DNA from: Trichosphaerium sp. ATCC 40318
Lineage: Eukaryota > Protista > Tubulinea
NCBI GenBank assembly: GCA_038496445.1
Contig: JALMLS010000255.1
Span: 496,001 to 560,000 of the forward strand
Reading direction: 5' to 3'
Length of the DNA: 64,000 nt
Part shown: positions 34,975-48,087 of the stretch, in pieces
Layout of the letters: the number at the start of each line of letters is the position of its first letter
Numbering within the stretch: the first letter of the stretch is position 1
Program-made: the position numbers and the translations under genes
The notes under the pieces: generated by a model
Databases searched by the model: none
What the model saw: the letters and a program-made list of their open reading frames with translations, nothing else
What the model was told of the DNA's origin: nothing

Positions 34975-35265
34975 GGGCAGCATCGCTTTTGAGACAGTTT
35001 CAGAAATTCCGAAATTTTTGAAAAAGTTGGTTTTGAAAAAAATTGCTTTGACTGTCGGTACTTTTCCTCCGCACAGCACGAACGAATCGCAAAATGGTTT
35101 TTAAGCCTATAAGTATAGAATACTAGTTAAATGTTCATTATAACAATTTTTGGTTAAGACGGTTCTGAGGTGAGTAAAAACGTCTCAAAGATTCTCGAAA
35201 TGCCGTAAATATCAAAAATCAAAAATGTCGTAATTTTCGAAACTGTCTCACAAGCGATGCTGCCC
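34975..35265. mobile_element. ~290-bp MITE-like element
   Basis: TIRs GGGCAGCATCGCTTTTGAGACAGTTTCAGAAATT and AATTTTCGAAACTGTCTCACAAGCGATGCTGCCC (~33 bp, 3 mismatches) around a non-coding AT-rich core. No clean TSD visible. Confidence 0.8.
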
Positions 35266-36705
35266 CCTTGTATGCTGCTGTGTGTCTTAATATGATTATT
35301 CATTGTAATACGTATTGACTTCGAAAGGGAAGAAAGTTCAGGAGTATACCATGAAACAGTGTCCTATGATACTTTAAGAAAATTTCGCTATCTCCGTAAT
35401 GTAATTGGCAAAAACAATGTATTATAGTTCACTCCCTTTGGTAGCTGGCGCTCATACAATTCATACCATCGAAAAAAGTTCCAAAACGTCCTTTCAAAAC
35501 TACCTGATACTACCTCGTAGTTACGGTTCTTCTTGTTGAGTGAAATAACAGCGTACATCTCATGCCTTTATTTAAAAACGCCATTCTTATTACCTGCAAA
35601 CTCTCCTTGAAAAAGAAGTAACTGTATCAGACGCTACTGTGCTTGTTTTAAACATAATGAACCCGAAGGGAAACTGATATTACAACGGATTTTATTGACA
35701 GTTACAGATACACCAATACTCTTAAAACGTGCAGTTTTGTTTGTTTGCAATAGGCAAAGCACTCCTAGTAAAAACAGAAGAGAGACAATAACAAGAGAAA
35801 GCAGAGGTACCTCGATTTGTATCTGTTTTTGTTTAATGTTTCGTAGGTCTTAGAAAATGAGAAAAAGCGTAAAACTAGACTTACACATGTTCCTTCAACG
35901 TCACTTGACACAACTAAACAAAGAGCTAAAAATGTTGACACCAAACTTCCGGTACGTGATTCAAGTTGAACGCGGGTTGAAATCTTATGTACTTTTTCAG
36001 ATTGTTTTTGCGTTTGACACATACTGGAAGTCTGTAATATGTTCTTGAGACAGTACAGACAAAAATTGGAGAATTCGCAAAGTCTCTTTTGGGCAGCATT
36101 GAGTTTGGGTAACGTATAGCATGCTTTGTATCTCCAAGAGTTTCACAGTCCGTTCCAAGTTCATGTATTGCATTATAAATATGTTAATATTCATCATCAG
36201 TGAGCTTACAAGGTGCGTATGAAGGCGTTGGGTAGCCGTGGTAAACGTACATCAATTTTTTCTACAAATGCTCAAGTCTTGATTGGGAAGAACTTGATAA
36301 AATTGTGGAATAACAGATAAAAATATATGCAGTGCAAGCGTGTACCTGATATATCGCAGACCTAATAGAACAAGTAATTGTACTCACGATTCATTTAAGT
36401 GTAACTCTACAAATGAACAACACAATTTTTTACAACTAGGAGACAAGACAGGAGGCGAGAGATATAGGTAATTTTGTTCCTTTTTTTCGCAAATTTCTAC
36501 GACTTGATTCTCACAACAGCTCAACGGTGATAGTCAAAGGTTTATTATCGTGAAGCAACAGAAGTACAATATCAACACCATGTTGTTGAGATTGAGAAGT
36601 GCATGCGTCTTGTAGAGCGCCAAGATTCCGCACAATAAATGCTTCCAGTAGAACTTATAACTACTCAAAGAAAAAAAACCTAACGAAACAGAACTTAAGT
36701 ATCTT

Positions 36706-37761
36706 TTATTTTTCAGAGTCTTTTTTTTCTCGACCTGGCCGGTATCTTTTAAATTTTGCCAAAAGTGTCTCCTCAAATTGACGTCTTGAAACTATCTCAG
36801 ATGGGTATCGGCGGTTTTCCCATAGATATTCTTGATAATAATTCATGTCCATAATTGCAACGATGTAATCAGCATGTACAAGAGCGCCCAACGTGTACGT
36901 TTCACCAACTCTAAAAAAAAAACCCTCAAAGCAATTGTATGATTGCTCAAACATGTGGTTATCAAGCTCAACTAACGCCTCATATAGGTCTCCAAGGACC
37001 ACATTCGTCCTGTACAATACTATTGGGCCAATAGTGCACATGTTCATTACGCTTGATGAAACAAGGAATCCTTGTCTTTCAACCAGATACATGAGTGACA
37101 ACGCGCGGGCGCGCTCTATTTTACACCTTTCGTTGTACATTTTGATGTACGTAGCGATTGAATACCGATTGCCTACGCAAAATATTATTCCTTGAATACA
37201 ACTACTCAAAAAAAAAAAAACAAAAAAAAAAAAAAACGATCGTAAAAATCGGTTTTCGAAAATCAAAAAAAAAAACAAAACAAACAAAGAGTCGTGCCTG
37301 GGAAATGTTCACCTGGGATAAAGCACCGCAAATGAATGAGCTTCCGAGAAATGAAGCGAGTGCTTTGCCAAACAAACCAGCAATCTTTGGGTTGTGCCGT
37401 TGTGGCACAGAACATGTTCTCCAACATGCATAGGAGGTTATCTTGGCTAACCTCTGCCATGTGTAAAACGTCTTTACAAAAAGTTAGGAGCTTCAAAAAC
37501 GATTTGTGGGTATGTGTCACGTACTTACAGCCCAGTGTAGTACTGGGTAATTAAGGACACCGCTTCTCATAGTGATGGAACGGTCTAAATTAGTGAGCAA
37601 ACCTTGCAACTGTTCGTTCTGGTCGTACTGTAGCACCTGGCCACGGCTCTTAGCCTCTTGCACGTAAAGGCAAGAGACCCAATGATGTCTAAAAACGAAA
37701 GCAGGAAGAACAGCAACTCGTCTGGCAGTGTCGAAAACATGTCACTCCCGTGTTGTTCCAT
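36706..37761 (-). CDS. F-box protein, multi-exon
   Basis: MEQHGSDMFSTLPDELLFFLLSFLDIIGSLAFTCKRLRAV is an F-box. Later exons lie in ORFs 37202-37408 and 36706-37287. One internal junction is not resolved. Confidence 0.7.
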
Positions 37762-38897
37762 CACTTGCAGATTAAACGGTTTATGATGGTAAGTCGTTAA
37801 AATCAATATGGAAAGTGACTTAACACTATGAGACCGTGCATTCATCGCAATGGCTTTAATGTACAATTGAAGCACATTTGAGTTTTTTATGAGTCCGGAG
37901 TTTGCGTAGTAAATAGTTTTTTTTAATACGCATTCTGATTTCCCTTTTTTGGCTTTGTGGACTGTTTTCAGCGTGCTAAACAGTTTTAAGTTGTTGCGTA
38001 GCTGTGCTTTTTTGGTTCCCTCTTTCTCCCAACTTTTAGATGCCCGAAACAAAGCTGCGTAGCAAAAAGATCTTGATGATTTAAACCATGGTACACACAA
38101 GTGATTAAAAGACTCTTAACCAACGCTGTTTTTTTCACAAACGCAAAGTTCGCCGAAGTATACTTATCAAAAGTAACTTGCTAAACAACATAGAAGCTGA
38201 CACGTAAACAAAGTATTAAAGGGTACAAAGACATAATTTCTGAAAATCAGAAGAGAATGACGTTTTGTGTAGCCGCTCTACAAAACAAAAGTTGTTGCCT
38301 TAGATCTGAAGTTTGCGCTCAGAAATTGTACTTCCTGTCAATTGTAAGCTTTTTCGTGAAAGTCAATAGACACTAGAACTGTTTTGGCACTAGTATTGAT
38401 AGGAGGCTTACTTTAAACTGTTTACACTGAAACAGGGTATTTGATCGCTTTTTAAGTTTCAGGAAACACGTTTGTTTAACTAGGACTTAAAAACCTCAAC
38501 TATGATTGTAGTACACTTTCCACGCGTAAATAGAGCCATTCACTGTCATTACACTGTTGTCCGAAAAGGCTGAACTTGAAAGTTTCTAACTTTCTTGACA
38601 CAAACACAAAGAGGTTAAATATCGACCCAATAAGTAGCCCAGTCAATGTCTGGCAAAACAAGAAACAAAACATACAAAGACAGAGGCTATAAATAGGTGT
38701 TTATCATTTCTTATGTCACCTTTAACGCTATAAGATACAATTACACGCATATCCGTAGTAAATACTCCTGCGGTATGCAGCTTCAGTTCAAGTGATACGT
38801 CAGAGCGTCGAGAGAAGTTGTTTGAGATTGAAATTGCAGCTATCAAATCGCGTGAAACAAAAATTTTTAAGCGAAAACTGGTAATTTTTATTTGACA

Positions 38898-39469
38898 ATG
38901 TTTCGCGGAGTACTGACGATTCTTGCTGTATCTATATTTCAGCAAATATGTGGTAACAAGCAGTAGATAAAAACTATAGTACTAACGCGATTTGACAGGA
39001 TTTCTATATTTTGGTCCTTTGATGGGTAAATTATGGGAGCAGCTAGTTCGTAAGACACCTACACGCCGTCCCGGCGTTATCACGACACGAGATAAAAATA
39101 CGGTCGTCAAGGCGTCTATTGCTAGTTTTATAGGTGGCGTTATGATGAACTGGGTTCTAGCAAACCTGCTTAGTGTTTATACCATCGTTAATCCACTTCA
39201 TGGTGCAGCTTGCGGTTTGCTCTTGTCGATAGCTATCGCTGGTTCAGGATTGCTTCACACATTCTGGGGTATGATTTGCATGCTTTACAATACCTTTTGT
39301 TTAAAGTTAAAGCTTTTTTAACTTCCTATCACGTGGTTTAGCTGATGTACTGACCTCCGCACTAGAACATCGACCATTTGAGCTATGGATGATGAACCAA
39401 GGTTACCACGCCAGTGTCATGTGTTTTAACGGTGCACTTTTGACATACATTGCTGATAATGCAATTTAA
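38898..39469 (+). CDS. DUF1761 family small membrane protein
   Basis: GFLYFGPLMGKLW, GAACGLLL and LLHTFW-EHRPFELWMMNQGYH; four hydrophobic helices; three exons. Confidence 0.8.
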
Positions 39470-39536
39470 TTGACGGTTTATTTGATTAATAAACAATTTC
39501 TATACAACTCATAACATAATTTCTTTGGTTCATTAG

Positions 39537-40263
39537 CTAATCCTTTGGTGCCTTTACCTTCGTGTAAACAGGTACGCATCTATCTTCTGTACAATTCATT
39601 TGTTTAGCGTTATAGGCAGCCTTTTCTTTACCCATTGCAAATGGCCTAAAAGTAATCCACATTCTATACTTTGCAAATACACTATAAAGAAAATCTACGA
39701 TTGGTCTTGTCCACGACCAAGTATAAGGTGCTGCTAACCATGACAACCCAGCTTCTCTGTACACAGTCTATTTCAAGGTTAGTACCTTCCAAAACGTAAA
39801 CACGTGACTGATCACGTGAGTTGAAACAGTTTATCTAACTGCAAAATCGCACCTCGAATACTTTAAACCCAGTCTCACATGTGAGTGAACCATCTGAGTT
39901 CACTTTGATGCCATGAATTTCGCTCATTAACCGTTCATACTCGGAGAATTTTCTTGGGATATCAAACTGTGTTTGAACCAATGGCACAAGCTTTTGAGCG
40001 CGTTCAGATGGTTGTGGAAGGTTATCCATGATTTTAGTGAAATCAACGTATTCAATTGGTTTTTTCCGCTTATAACACCGTTTACGCATGTAATTCATCT
40101 CTAGTAGGCACAAGGGGCACTTACCGTCGTATAGGGCGATATAATTTACGCCATCATCTCCTGGTGCTTTAGAAGACGTATGTAATTTACGGCTGCGTAG
40201 AGACATGTTTGTGGTAGTTGGTGAGGCATTTACAGACGCTCGTGCTATTTTTGACGTGAGCAT
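39537..40263 (-). CDS. DUF393/DCC1-like thiol-disulfide oxidoreductase with a probable mitochondrial presequence
   Basis: LYDGKCPLC (DxxCxxC) motif, IHGI...TGFKVF, LYSVFAKYR; Arg/Ser/Thr-rich N-terminus; two exons. Confidence 0.85.
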
Positions 40264-40365
40264 TTTGAAAACTGTACAATTTCAACTGCAGTCAACATTT
40301 TCTCAAGATCTCACTCGGTACAGCATAAACGAAAGAAGTGACTATTTGTAAGTATTTATTAACAT

Positions 40366-43300
40366 CTAATCTACCGTTTTGATTTCATCAGCGCGAAGTG
40401 GTTGATGGCTTTTCTCCAACCGAGTTAGGTACTGAGAACCTGCTGACACTAGAGCTTGTTCTAGTTGAACCTGGTGAACCCATACAAATACATAGTTGGG
40501 TCTTGTGAAGAAAGAATGCATTGACAGTGATTGCTAGATAAAGTTAGAACCGACCACTGTGTGGTGTATAATGAGCATACCAGAACCAAGAATGACAAAC
40601 ACAGATACAAGTATGAACCTTGTGAATCTATTGATATCTGTTGCAGCGAGCACAACGCTCAACACTGAAAAGAAAAATACATTGTAAACTGTGAAAAAGA
40701 TGATTTTAGACTCATTGTAGCTCTTGATTGGTATTGTCCGTATTCTGAATGCATAGATACTACACACCAATAACAAAATAGCCTGTGGGTTGTATTTATC
40801 AATAAAAATAGACACAGCAAGTACTTGACGTACATTGGATCCACCAATGATATACAGCATGATTTGAAACGCTGTGTCATAGCTACATGCGTGATAGTTT
40901 TGATAAACTCTGATAGGATCTACAACAACTACAGTTCTTTCAAAACGTCCAACTCCTGTCTATTCCAACGTTTAATAACAACCATTGTACCAGTTTAACG
41001 AACCAACAAAGAAAGAAGAATTATATGACAACCAACAAGACTTGAAACCCACAAGAGAACCATCTTGTCAGATATTCTGATGATTTCTGTTGTTTGTAAG
41101 CGATACAATCTATCAAGGCGAAGTGTTTTTCCAAGCAATGGCCTTGATTAAAGTAAGTGGACAAATAACAATGTTCGCTTACCCAAAAAGAAGAATGAAC
41201 CCAAGATCTAAAATCCAAACAGATAAAACACAAGTTACGTCTGACATCACATTTGGTAGCATCGTAAACACAGAAGCGTACAACAATGAGCTTCCAAATA
41301 ACATCAAACCCATAAATAGAGGTGATGATGCCTTAAATAAGATAAGAAGCAGTAGAGTGGATAAATTCGCACTTTGACATCTCTGTTGTTCAAATTGAGA
41401 GGAAGAAATATTGCCCACCCAATGTTTATACAAAAGAATATCCCTCCAACGATTGTAACCAATATCTCAGTCCAGTGACCTTACAGTATTTATTAAGATT
41501 GATGTCAAGTGCGGAGCATGTGTACCATATTTTGGGTCGAAGACACGCTCATGCCATTTGGGCATTGGATAGATCAAGTCTGCTTGTTTTGTTGTTGGTG
41601 GTCCTTATTAAACAAAGGTGAGTTGTACAAGTATCAAAGTGATAAATAAAGGTACCGATAAGAATGAATTCACCCTTTTTTTGTATTTGAAGATGCAACC
41701 AATCTCTAACAAGTTGTCAAAAATAAAACAAAATGTGATGCACGTGATTTTTTTACCTTTGCTGAGCAGAGTTTCCATTCCATGAGTATTGACCGCCAAT
41801 TGAATCAATCTTTCGTCGTATTATATTCTGATACAGCACATCCGCAAGCTAAAAAACAATCAATTACACTAAACCTAACGCTATTTTGTAGAGGTGACCA
41901 CTTACATTGTTTTCTCCACAACCAGTAGTTGCATTTACTGTCTTCAACATCAACCCAGACTGGTTATTAACCTACGTTAAGTTTAGTCTTCTACTCCACA
42001 CTTTAAGAACTTACCATTAGATCGTCGACTGCTTTAATCGCAGTGTTCATCACGGAAAATAAAGGAGCGTATTGAAAAGCCTCATTTGTAAACTTGGCAT
42101 CATATCTTTCCCGATACCCTTTCTGAAGATTTGAGATATTACCAAAATACTTTGTAGGAGGAAATGTCATTTCTTCCCAGAACTATCAAACATCTTTAGT
42201 CACAAAACAGTAGAACAAGTGTTTGTACATCGATACTTGCAGTAACATACTGCCAAAGATCTTGATCGAATTCTGTGTATCTGTTATACACGGACATCGA
42301 AGCGCCTACATATCTTGGTGTGTAGTCTACTTGTCTCAACGTATTCATCACTGCACCAACAGCATCCGGATTTACAACACAAAATAACCTAAAATTATGT
42401 TAGAATCTGCTGCATCAACTTCTCGATCATTTTAGCTTTAAAAAGTACGTACCATACATCAGCATCATCTTCTTTTGCAAGCAATGCTGTTGCCGATATA
42501 TTGGCAATCAGATCATCTGAAAAGTCTGTGTATGGTTTTGAGATGAAACTTAAGATATTGTCAACGCCAGTTAAATTATAATGACTTTTGACTGTAAATC
42601 CCTGTAGTCGTAGCTCATCTCTGAATAAAGGGCTATTACACCTGATATATAAGTTAGACTGATGAGATGTACTACTTAGTTCATGTGACTCTTGCCTGCT
42701 AATGGTACTGTAAAAGACAGTTAGTAAAAGGTAGTACCTGAAAAAAGTGGTACCTCTCAGTTAGCTTATCATCGCCTATTGATGTAAAAATTGTTATCGT
42801 TTGTGCACCAACAACTCGAAGAGATGGTAGCGAGGAGTAAAAAATGGACGACGGCGACAGTCCAACAGATAGACAGCAAGAATGGCCAGCAGATTGAACG
42901 TTGAAGATATTACTGATAGACACTAGTTTCCGTTACCAAGCAGCCCATTACAAAAAAGGAAAGTTGGCTAACTTACACATTAATCGCTTGTTTTCGTTCA
43001 TAATTGGTATTACTGCTGCGGCGTGGTCTACATCAGCGGTTGATAAAAACATGGATATCGATGGGTCATTCACAGCTTCTTTGTATAATTGTTTTGTAAG
43101 GCTTTCATTAGCATACCCATTCACAAACCTAACATTTTTTGTGAACACAACGGAGCATTTAAAAACGCGAACTTTATGCGTAGCCTAAACTTCTCTCCAC
43201 CGATTATTATTGGGTCTTTCTCGAGTAGTATGTCACCCAGATGATCTACAGATTGCCTGAAAAGTATGTTATGCGTTAACGTGCTTGCTGAACTTGTACC

Positions 43301-43496
43301 TCAGAGCATCTATGAAACGCTCTGTAGCGGGCCTCCAGGAACTAACTCGAACTAACTAAAGTCAAGTCCTCTAAACCACATTCATTCCGTACGTACATAT
43401 TGTAATGTTCTTGTATCCATGAGCACGTGATAGTGATATGACGATGAGAAAAGCAACTAGTAAGTATTGTACAGAATGGCCAATAAGCAAGGTCAT
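40366..43496 (-). CDS. class C (GABA-B-like, 7tm_3) GPCR with a periplasmic-binding-protein-like ectodomain, copy 1
   Basis: Signal peptide MTLLIGHSVQYLLVAFLIVISLSRAHG. The ectodomain ends ADLIYPMPKWHER. 7TM motifs KASSPLF, C...WILDLGFILLFG, GKTLRL and YNESKIIFFTVYN. A 1-nt indel relative to copy 2 may end the tail at 40388. Confidence 0.85.
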
Positions 43497-44012
43497 TCTT
43501 AGATGTGTTACTGCACAGGATGTGATGTCAAAAAACTTGAAGTCAAATATTCTTCTGTTGGGTGCAATTATTGCGTAAATCTCAAATTTAACCCAACTCC
43601 GGGAAAACACACTTTTGTGCACTGATTATATTTTATTCTCATACGACGTTTGTCGTTGTTAGTTAGCAGTACTGCTACACAATGTCGGCAACTTACAACA
43701 ACAACTTGTTTCAAGAAACTACAAACACTAAAAACATGTATTGAGCCTTGCGATCAATCAGCCTACACGATTTGATTTTTAGACGGTATAAATCGTTCAA
43801 AAACGTGAATCCAACGTGGCTAAAAACGAGCCTAAATGTTGTTGGTAGCGACGAAAATCCTGTAGTAAGGTACCTGCAATTATTATTTGTGAGTCAGCAA
43901 TACGGATGATACACGTTGTTTGTACCTAGGTCTTGATAATTTGGGCTAAATAGTTTGAGGTAAACTATAACGTGTATATGTGCAAAGTTTATTTGTAAGT
44001 ATTTATTAACAT

Positions 44013-47000
44013 CTACTCTACGGTTTTGATTTCATCAATGCCAAGTGGCTTATGGCTTTTCACTACCGATTCTGGTGCTGAGAGCCCACTGACACTAGAG
44101 CTTGTTCTAGTTGAACCTGGTGAACCCATACAAATACATAGTTGGGTCTTGTGAAGAAAGAATGCATTGACAGTGATTGCTAGATAAAGTTAGAACCGAC
44201 CACTGTGTGGTGTATAATGAGCATACCAGAACCAAGAATGACAAACACAGATACAAGTATGAACCTTGCAAATCTATCGATATCTGTTGCAGCGAGCACA
44301 ACAGTCAACACTGAAAAGAAAAATACATTGTAAACTGTGAAAAAGATGATTTTAGACTCATTGTAGCTCTTGATTGGTATTGTCCGTATTCTGAATGCAT
44401 AGATACTACACACCAATAACAAAATAGCCTGTGAGTTGTATTTATCAATAACAATAGACACAACAAGTACGTACGTTGGATCCAAATATGATGTACAGTA
44501 TGATGTGAAACGCTGCGTCGTAGCTACATGCGTGATAGTTTTGGTAAACTCTGATTGGATCTACAACAACTACAGTTCTTTCAAAACGTCCAACTCCTGT
44601 CTATTCCAACGTTTAATAACAACCATTGTACCAGTTTAACGAACCAACAAAGAAAGAAGAATTATATGACAACCAACAAGACTTGAAACCCACAAGAGAA
44701 CCATCTTGTCAGATATTCTGATAATTTCTGTTGTTTGTAAGCGATACAATCTATCAAGGCGAAGTGTTTTTCCAAGCAATGGCCTTTGAGTAAAATAAGT
44801 TGACAAATGGCACAATGTTTGTAGCGTTGTAGTGATTTTAGACTATAAGCGTTGTCAAGTATTCGCTTACCCAAAAAGAAGAATGAACCCAAGATCTAAA
44901 ATCCAAACAGATAAAACACAATTTACGTCTGACATCACATTTGGTAGCATCGTAAACACAACAACGTATTGCAACGAGCTTCCAAGTAACATCAAACCCA
45001 TAAATAGAGGTGATGATGCCTTAAACAAGTTAGATAAACACCGGAAACCTAGCTTCATACTTTGACGTCTCTGTTGTTCAAATTGAGAAGAAGAAATATT
45101 GCCCACCCAATGTTCACACAGACTAACACCACTGCAACGATTGAAACCAATATCTCAGTCCAGTGACCTTACAGTATTTATTAAGATTGATGTCAAGTGC
45201 GGAGCATGTGTACCATATTTTGGGTCGAAGACACGCTCATGCCATTTGGGCATTGGATAGATCAAGTCTGCTTGTTTTGTTGTTGGTGGTCCTTATTAAA
45301 CAAAGTGAGTTGTACAAGTATCAAAGTGATAAATAAAGGTACCGATAAGAATGAATTCACCCTTTTTTTGTATTTGAAGATGCAACCAATCTCTAACAAG
45401 TTGTCAAAAATAAAACAAAATGTGATGCACGTGATATATTTTTTTCAATGGCCAACTTATCTTACCTTTGTTGAGCAGAGTTTCCATTCCATGAGTATTG
45501 ACCGCCAATTGAATCAATCTTTCGTTGTATTATATTTTGATACAGTACATCCGCAAGCTAGAAAAAAAACAAACAATTACTAAACCTAAAAACCTATTTC
45601 TACTTCAAAGGTGAAAGCATACAATGGTTTCTCCACAAATACTTGCTGTATTTACTGTCTTCAACATCAACCCGGACTGGTTATTAACCTGAATTAATCT
45701 TAGTACTGTATCAAAATTTTTACAAAACTTACAGTTAGATCATCAGCTACCGCTTTGATCGCAGTGCTTATCACGGAAAATAAAGGAGCGTATGGAAAAG
45801 CCTGAATCGTAAAATCGGTACCATACCTTTCTCGATACCCTCGCTGAAGAGTTGAGATATTACCAAAATACTTTGTAGGAGGAAATGTCATTTCTTCCCA
45901 GAACTATCAAACATCTTTAGTCAAAACAGTAAAAGTACGAGTCCATACATCGATACTTGCAGTAACATACTGCCAAAGATCTTGGTCAAAGGATGTGTAT
46001 CTGTTATACAAGGACATCGAAGCGCCTACATATCTTGGTGTGTAGTCCACTTGTCTCAATGTGTTCATCACTGCACCAACAGCATCCGGATTTACAACAC
46101 AAAATAACCTAAAATTATGTTAGAATCTGCTGGATCAACTTCTCGATCATTTTAGCTCTAAAAAGTACGTACCATACATCAGCATCATCTTCTTTTGCAA
46201 GCAATGCTGTTGCCGATATATTGGCAATCATATCATCTGGAAAGTCTGTGTATGGTTTTGCGACGAAATTTGGGATACTGTCAACGCCAGTTAAATTGTA
46301 GTGACTTTTGACTGTAAATCCCTGAAGCCTTAGCTCGTCTCTGAATAAAGGGCTATTACACCTGATATAAAGTTAGACTTATACAACTACCAGTTCTATA
46401 ACGTATGACTCTTGCCTGCTAATGGTACTGTAAAAGACAGTTAGGTAAAAGTAGTACTTGAAAAAAGGTACCTCTCAGTTAGCTCATCATCGCCTATTGA
46501 TGTAAAAATTGTTATCGTTTGTGCACCAACAACTCGAAGAGAAGGCAATGAAGAGTAAAAAATAGATGATGGCGACAGACCAACAGATAGACAGCAAGGT
46601 TGGCCAGCAGATTGAACGTTGAAGATATTACTGATAGACACTAGTTTACCGTTATCGAGTACTCTTACAAAAAAGGAAAGTAGCTAACTTACACATTAAT
46701 CGCTTGTTTTCGTTCATAATTGGTATTACTGCTGCGGCGTGGTCTACATCAGCGGTTGATAAAAACATGGATATCGATGGATCATTCACAGCTTCTTTGT
46801 ATAATTGTTTTGTAAGACTTTCATTAGCATACCCATTCACAAACCTAATATTTTTTGTGAACACCGGAGCATTTATTTCCACGCGAACTTTACGCGTAGC
46901 CTAAACTTCTCTCCACCGATTATTATTGGGTCTTCTTCCAGTAGTAAGTCGCCTAGATGATCTACAGATTGCCTGAAAAGAATGTTATGCGTTACAGTGC

Positions 47001-47212
47001 TTTTCGAACTTACCGAATAGCATTTATGAAAGGCTCATCCGCAGGGCCCCAAAAACTAACTCGAACTAACTAAAGTCAACTCCTCTAAACCACACATTCA
47101 TTCCGTACGTACATATTGTAATGTTCTTGTATCCATGAGCACGTGATAACGATATGACGATGAGAAAAGCAACCAGTAAGTATTGTACAGAATGGCCAAT
47201 AAGCAAGGTCAT
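44013..47212 (-). CDS. class C (GABA-B-like, 7tm_3) GPCR, copy 2
   Basis: Same exon structure and motifs as copy 1. Tail ...KPLGIDEIKTVE* with the TAG ending at 44013. Confidence 0.85.
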
Positions 47213-48087
47213 TCTTAGGTGCGGTACTGCACAGGGTGCGATGTATGTAAAAACTTGAAGTCAACTGTACTTCTTTTTGGTCCTATTATTGCGTGAATCT
47301 CGTATTTAAACCAACTCCGTGGAGAAACACAGTTAAGAGCACTTTTGTCGTTGTTAATTAGAACTACTATAAATTACAACAACACGTGTATCGAGAAATA
47401 CACCAAACAAAGCCTGCATAACAACACCTTTTGGAATATGTGCCACCAAGCAAGTTACAGAAGTGGGAGGTAAAAACTACTAAACTGCAGGTTTCAACTA
47501 CTGTCTTGAGCTTTACGTCATCAGATTGCACGATTTGGGTTTAGACGTTCTAGTTTGTACCCCAAAAAGTATTTGGTAAACTTTCCTTACAAAAACGATC
47601 CAGCGCCAACGTACGCGCAGTACAAGTCACGTGATTACCAAAATTCAAACTACAAAAGTCGGATAAACTCTTTTGATTTGTCCATCCCAACATACTTCTT
47701 CCCTACAATGGTAAAGATATACTCACGAGATACTCAAGGAACGAAATGTCAGTAGATTTTTTTAACGCACCTAATTTCAACACGTGTGCATACAACCAAG
47801 GCAATTAACTTACTTTCTAATAGTGATATATGAGTCCAGCACGTTGAAAACGGAAGGTCAGATCTAATACAGCCGCAAGGCGGACGCGTCTGGTACAAAT
47901 CCGCTACATGCGTTGCCCCAACGCGTCAAACCATTTTCTGGCTGTGAACAGTTTACCAAAGATTCCCAGCGGGTAAACGATTACCCACCAAACACTCAGG
48001 TATGTTACAAGTCGTACGTAGCGTCGCTTTTTAAATACCAACTTAAGTAACCTTAATACCATTTCTTATTGTGTTAGTAGGCGCAAC

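Larger units (their letters stand above)
40343..47560. repeat. tandem segmental duplication with ~3.65-3.7 kb period carrying the two GPCR genes
   Basis: 40343 onward aligns to 43990 onward through exons, introns and the upstream flank. Confidence 0.9.

Noticed and set aside
35300-36500. Short ORFs between the MITE and the F-box gene
   Set aside because: No consistent exon chain or motif was found.
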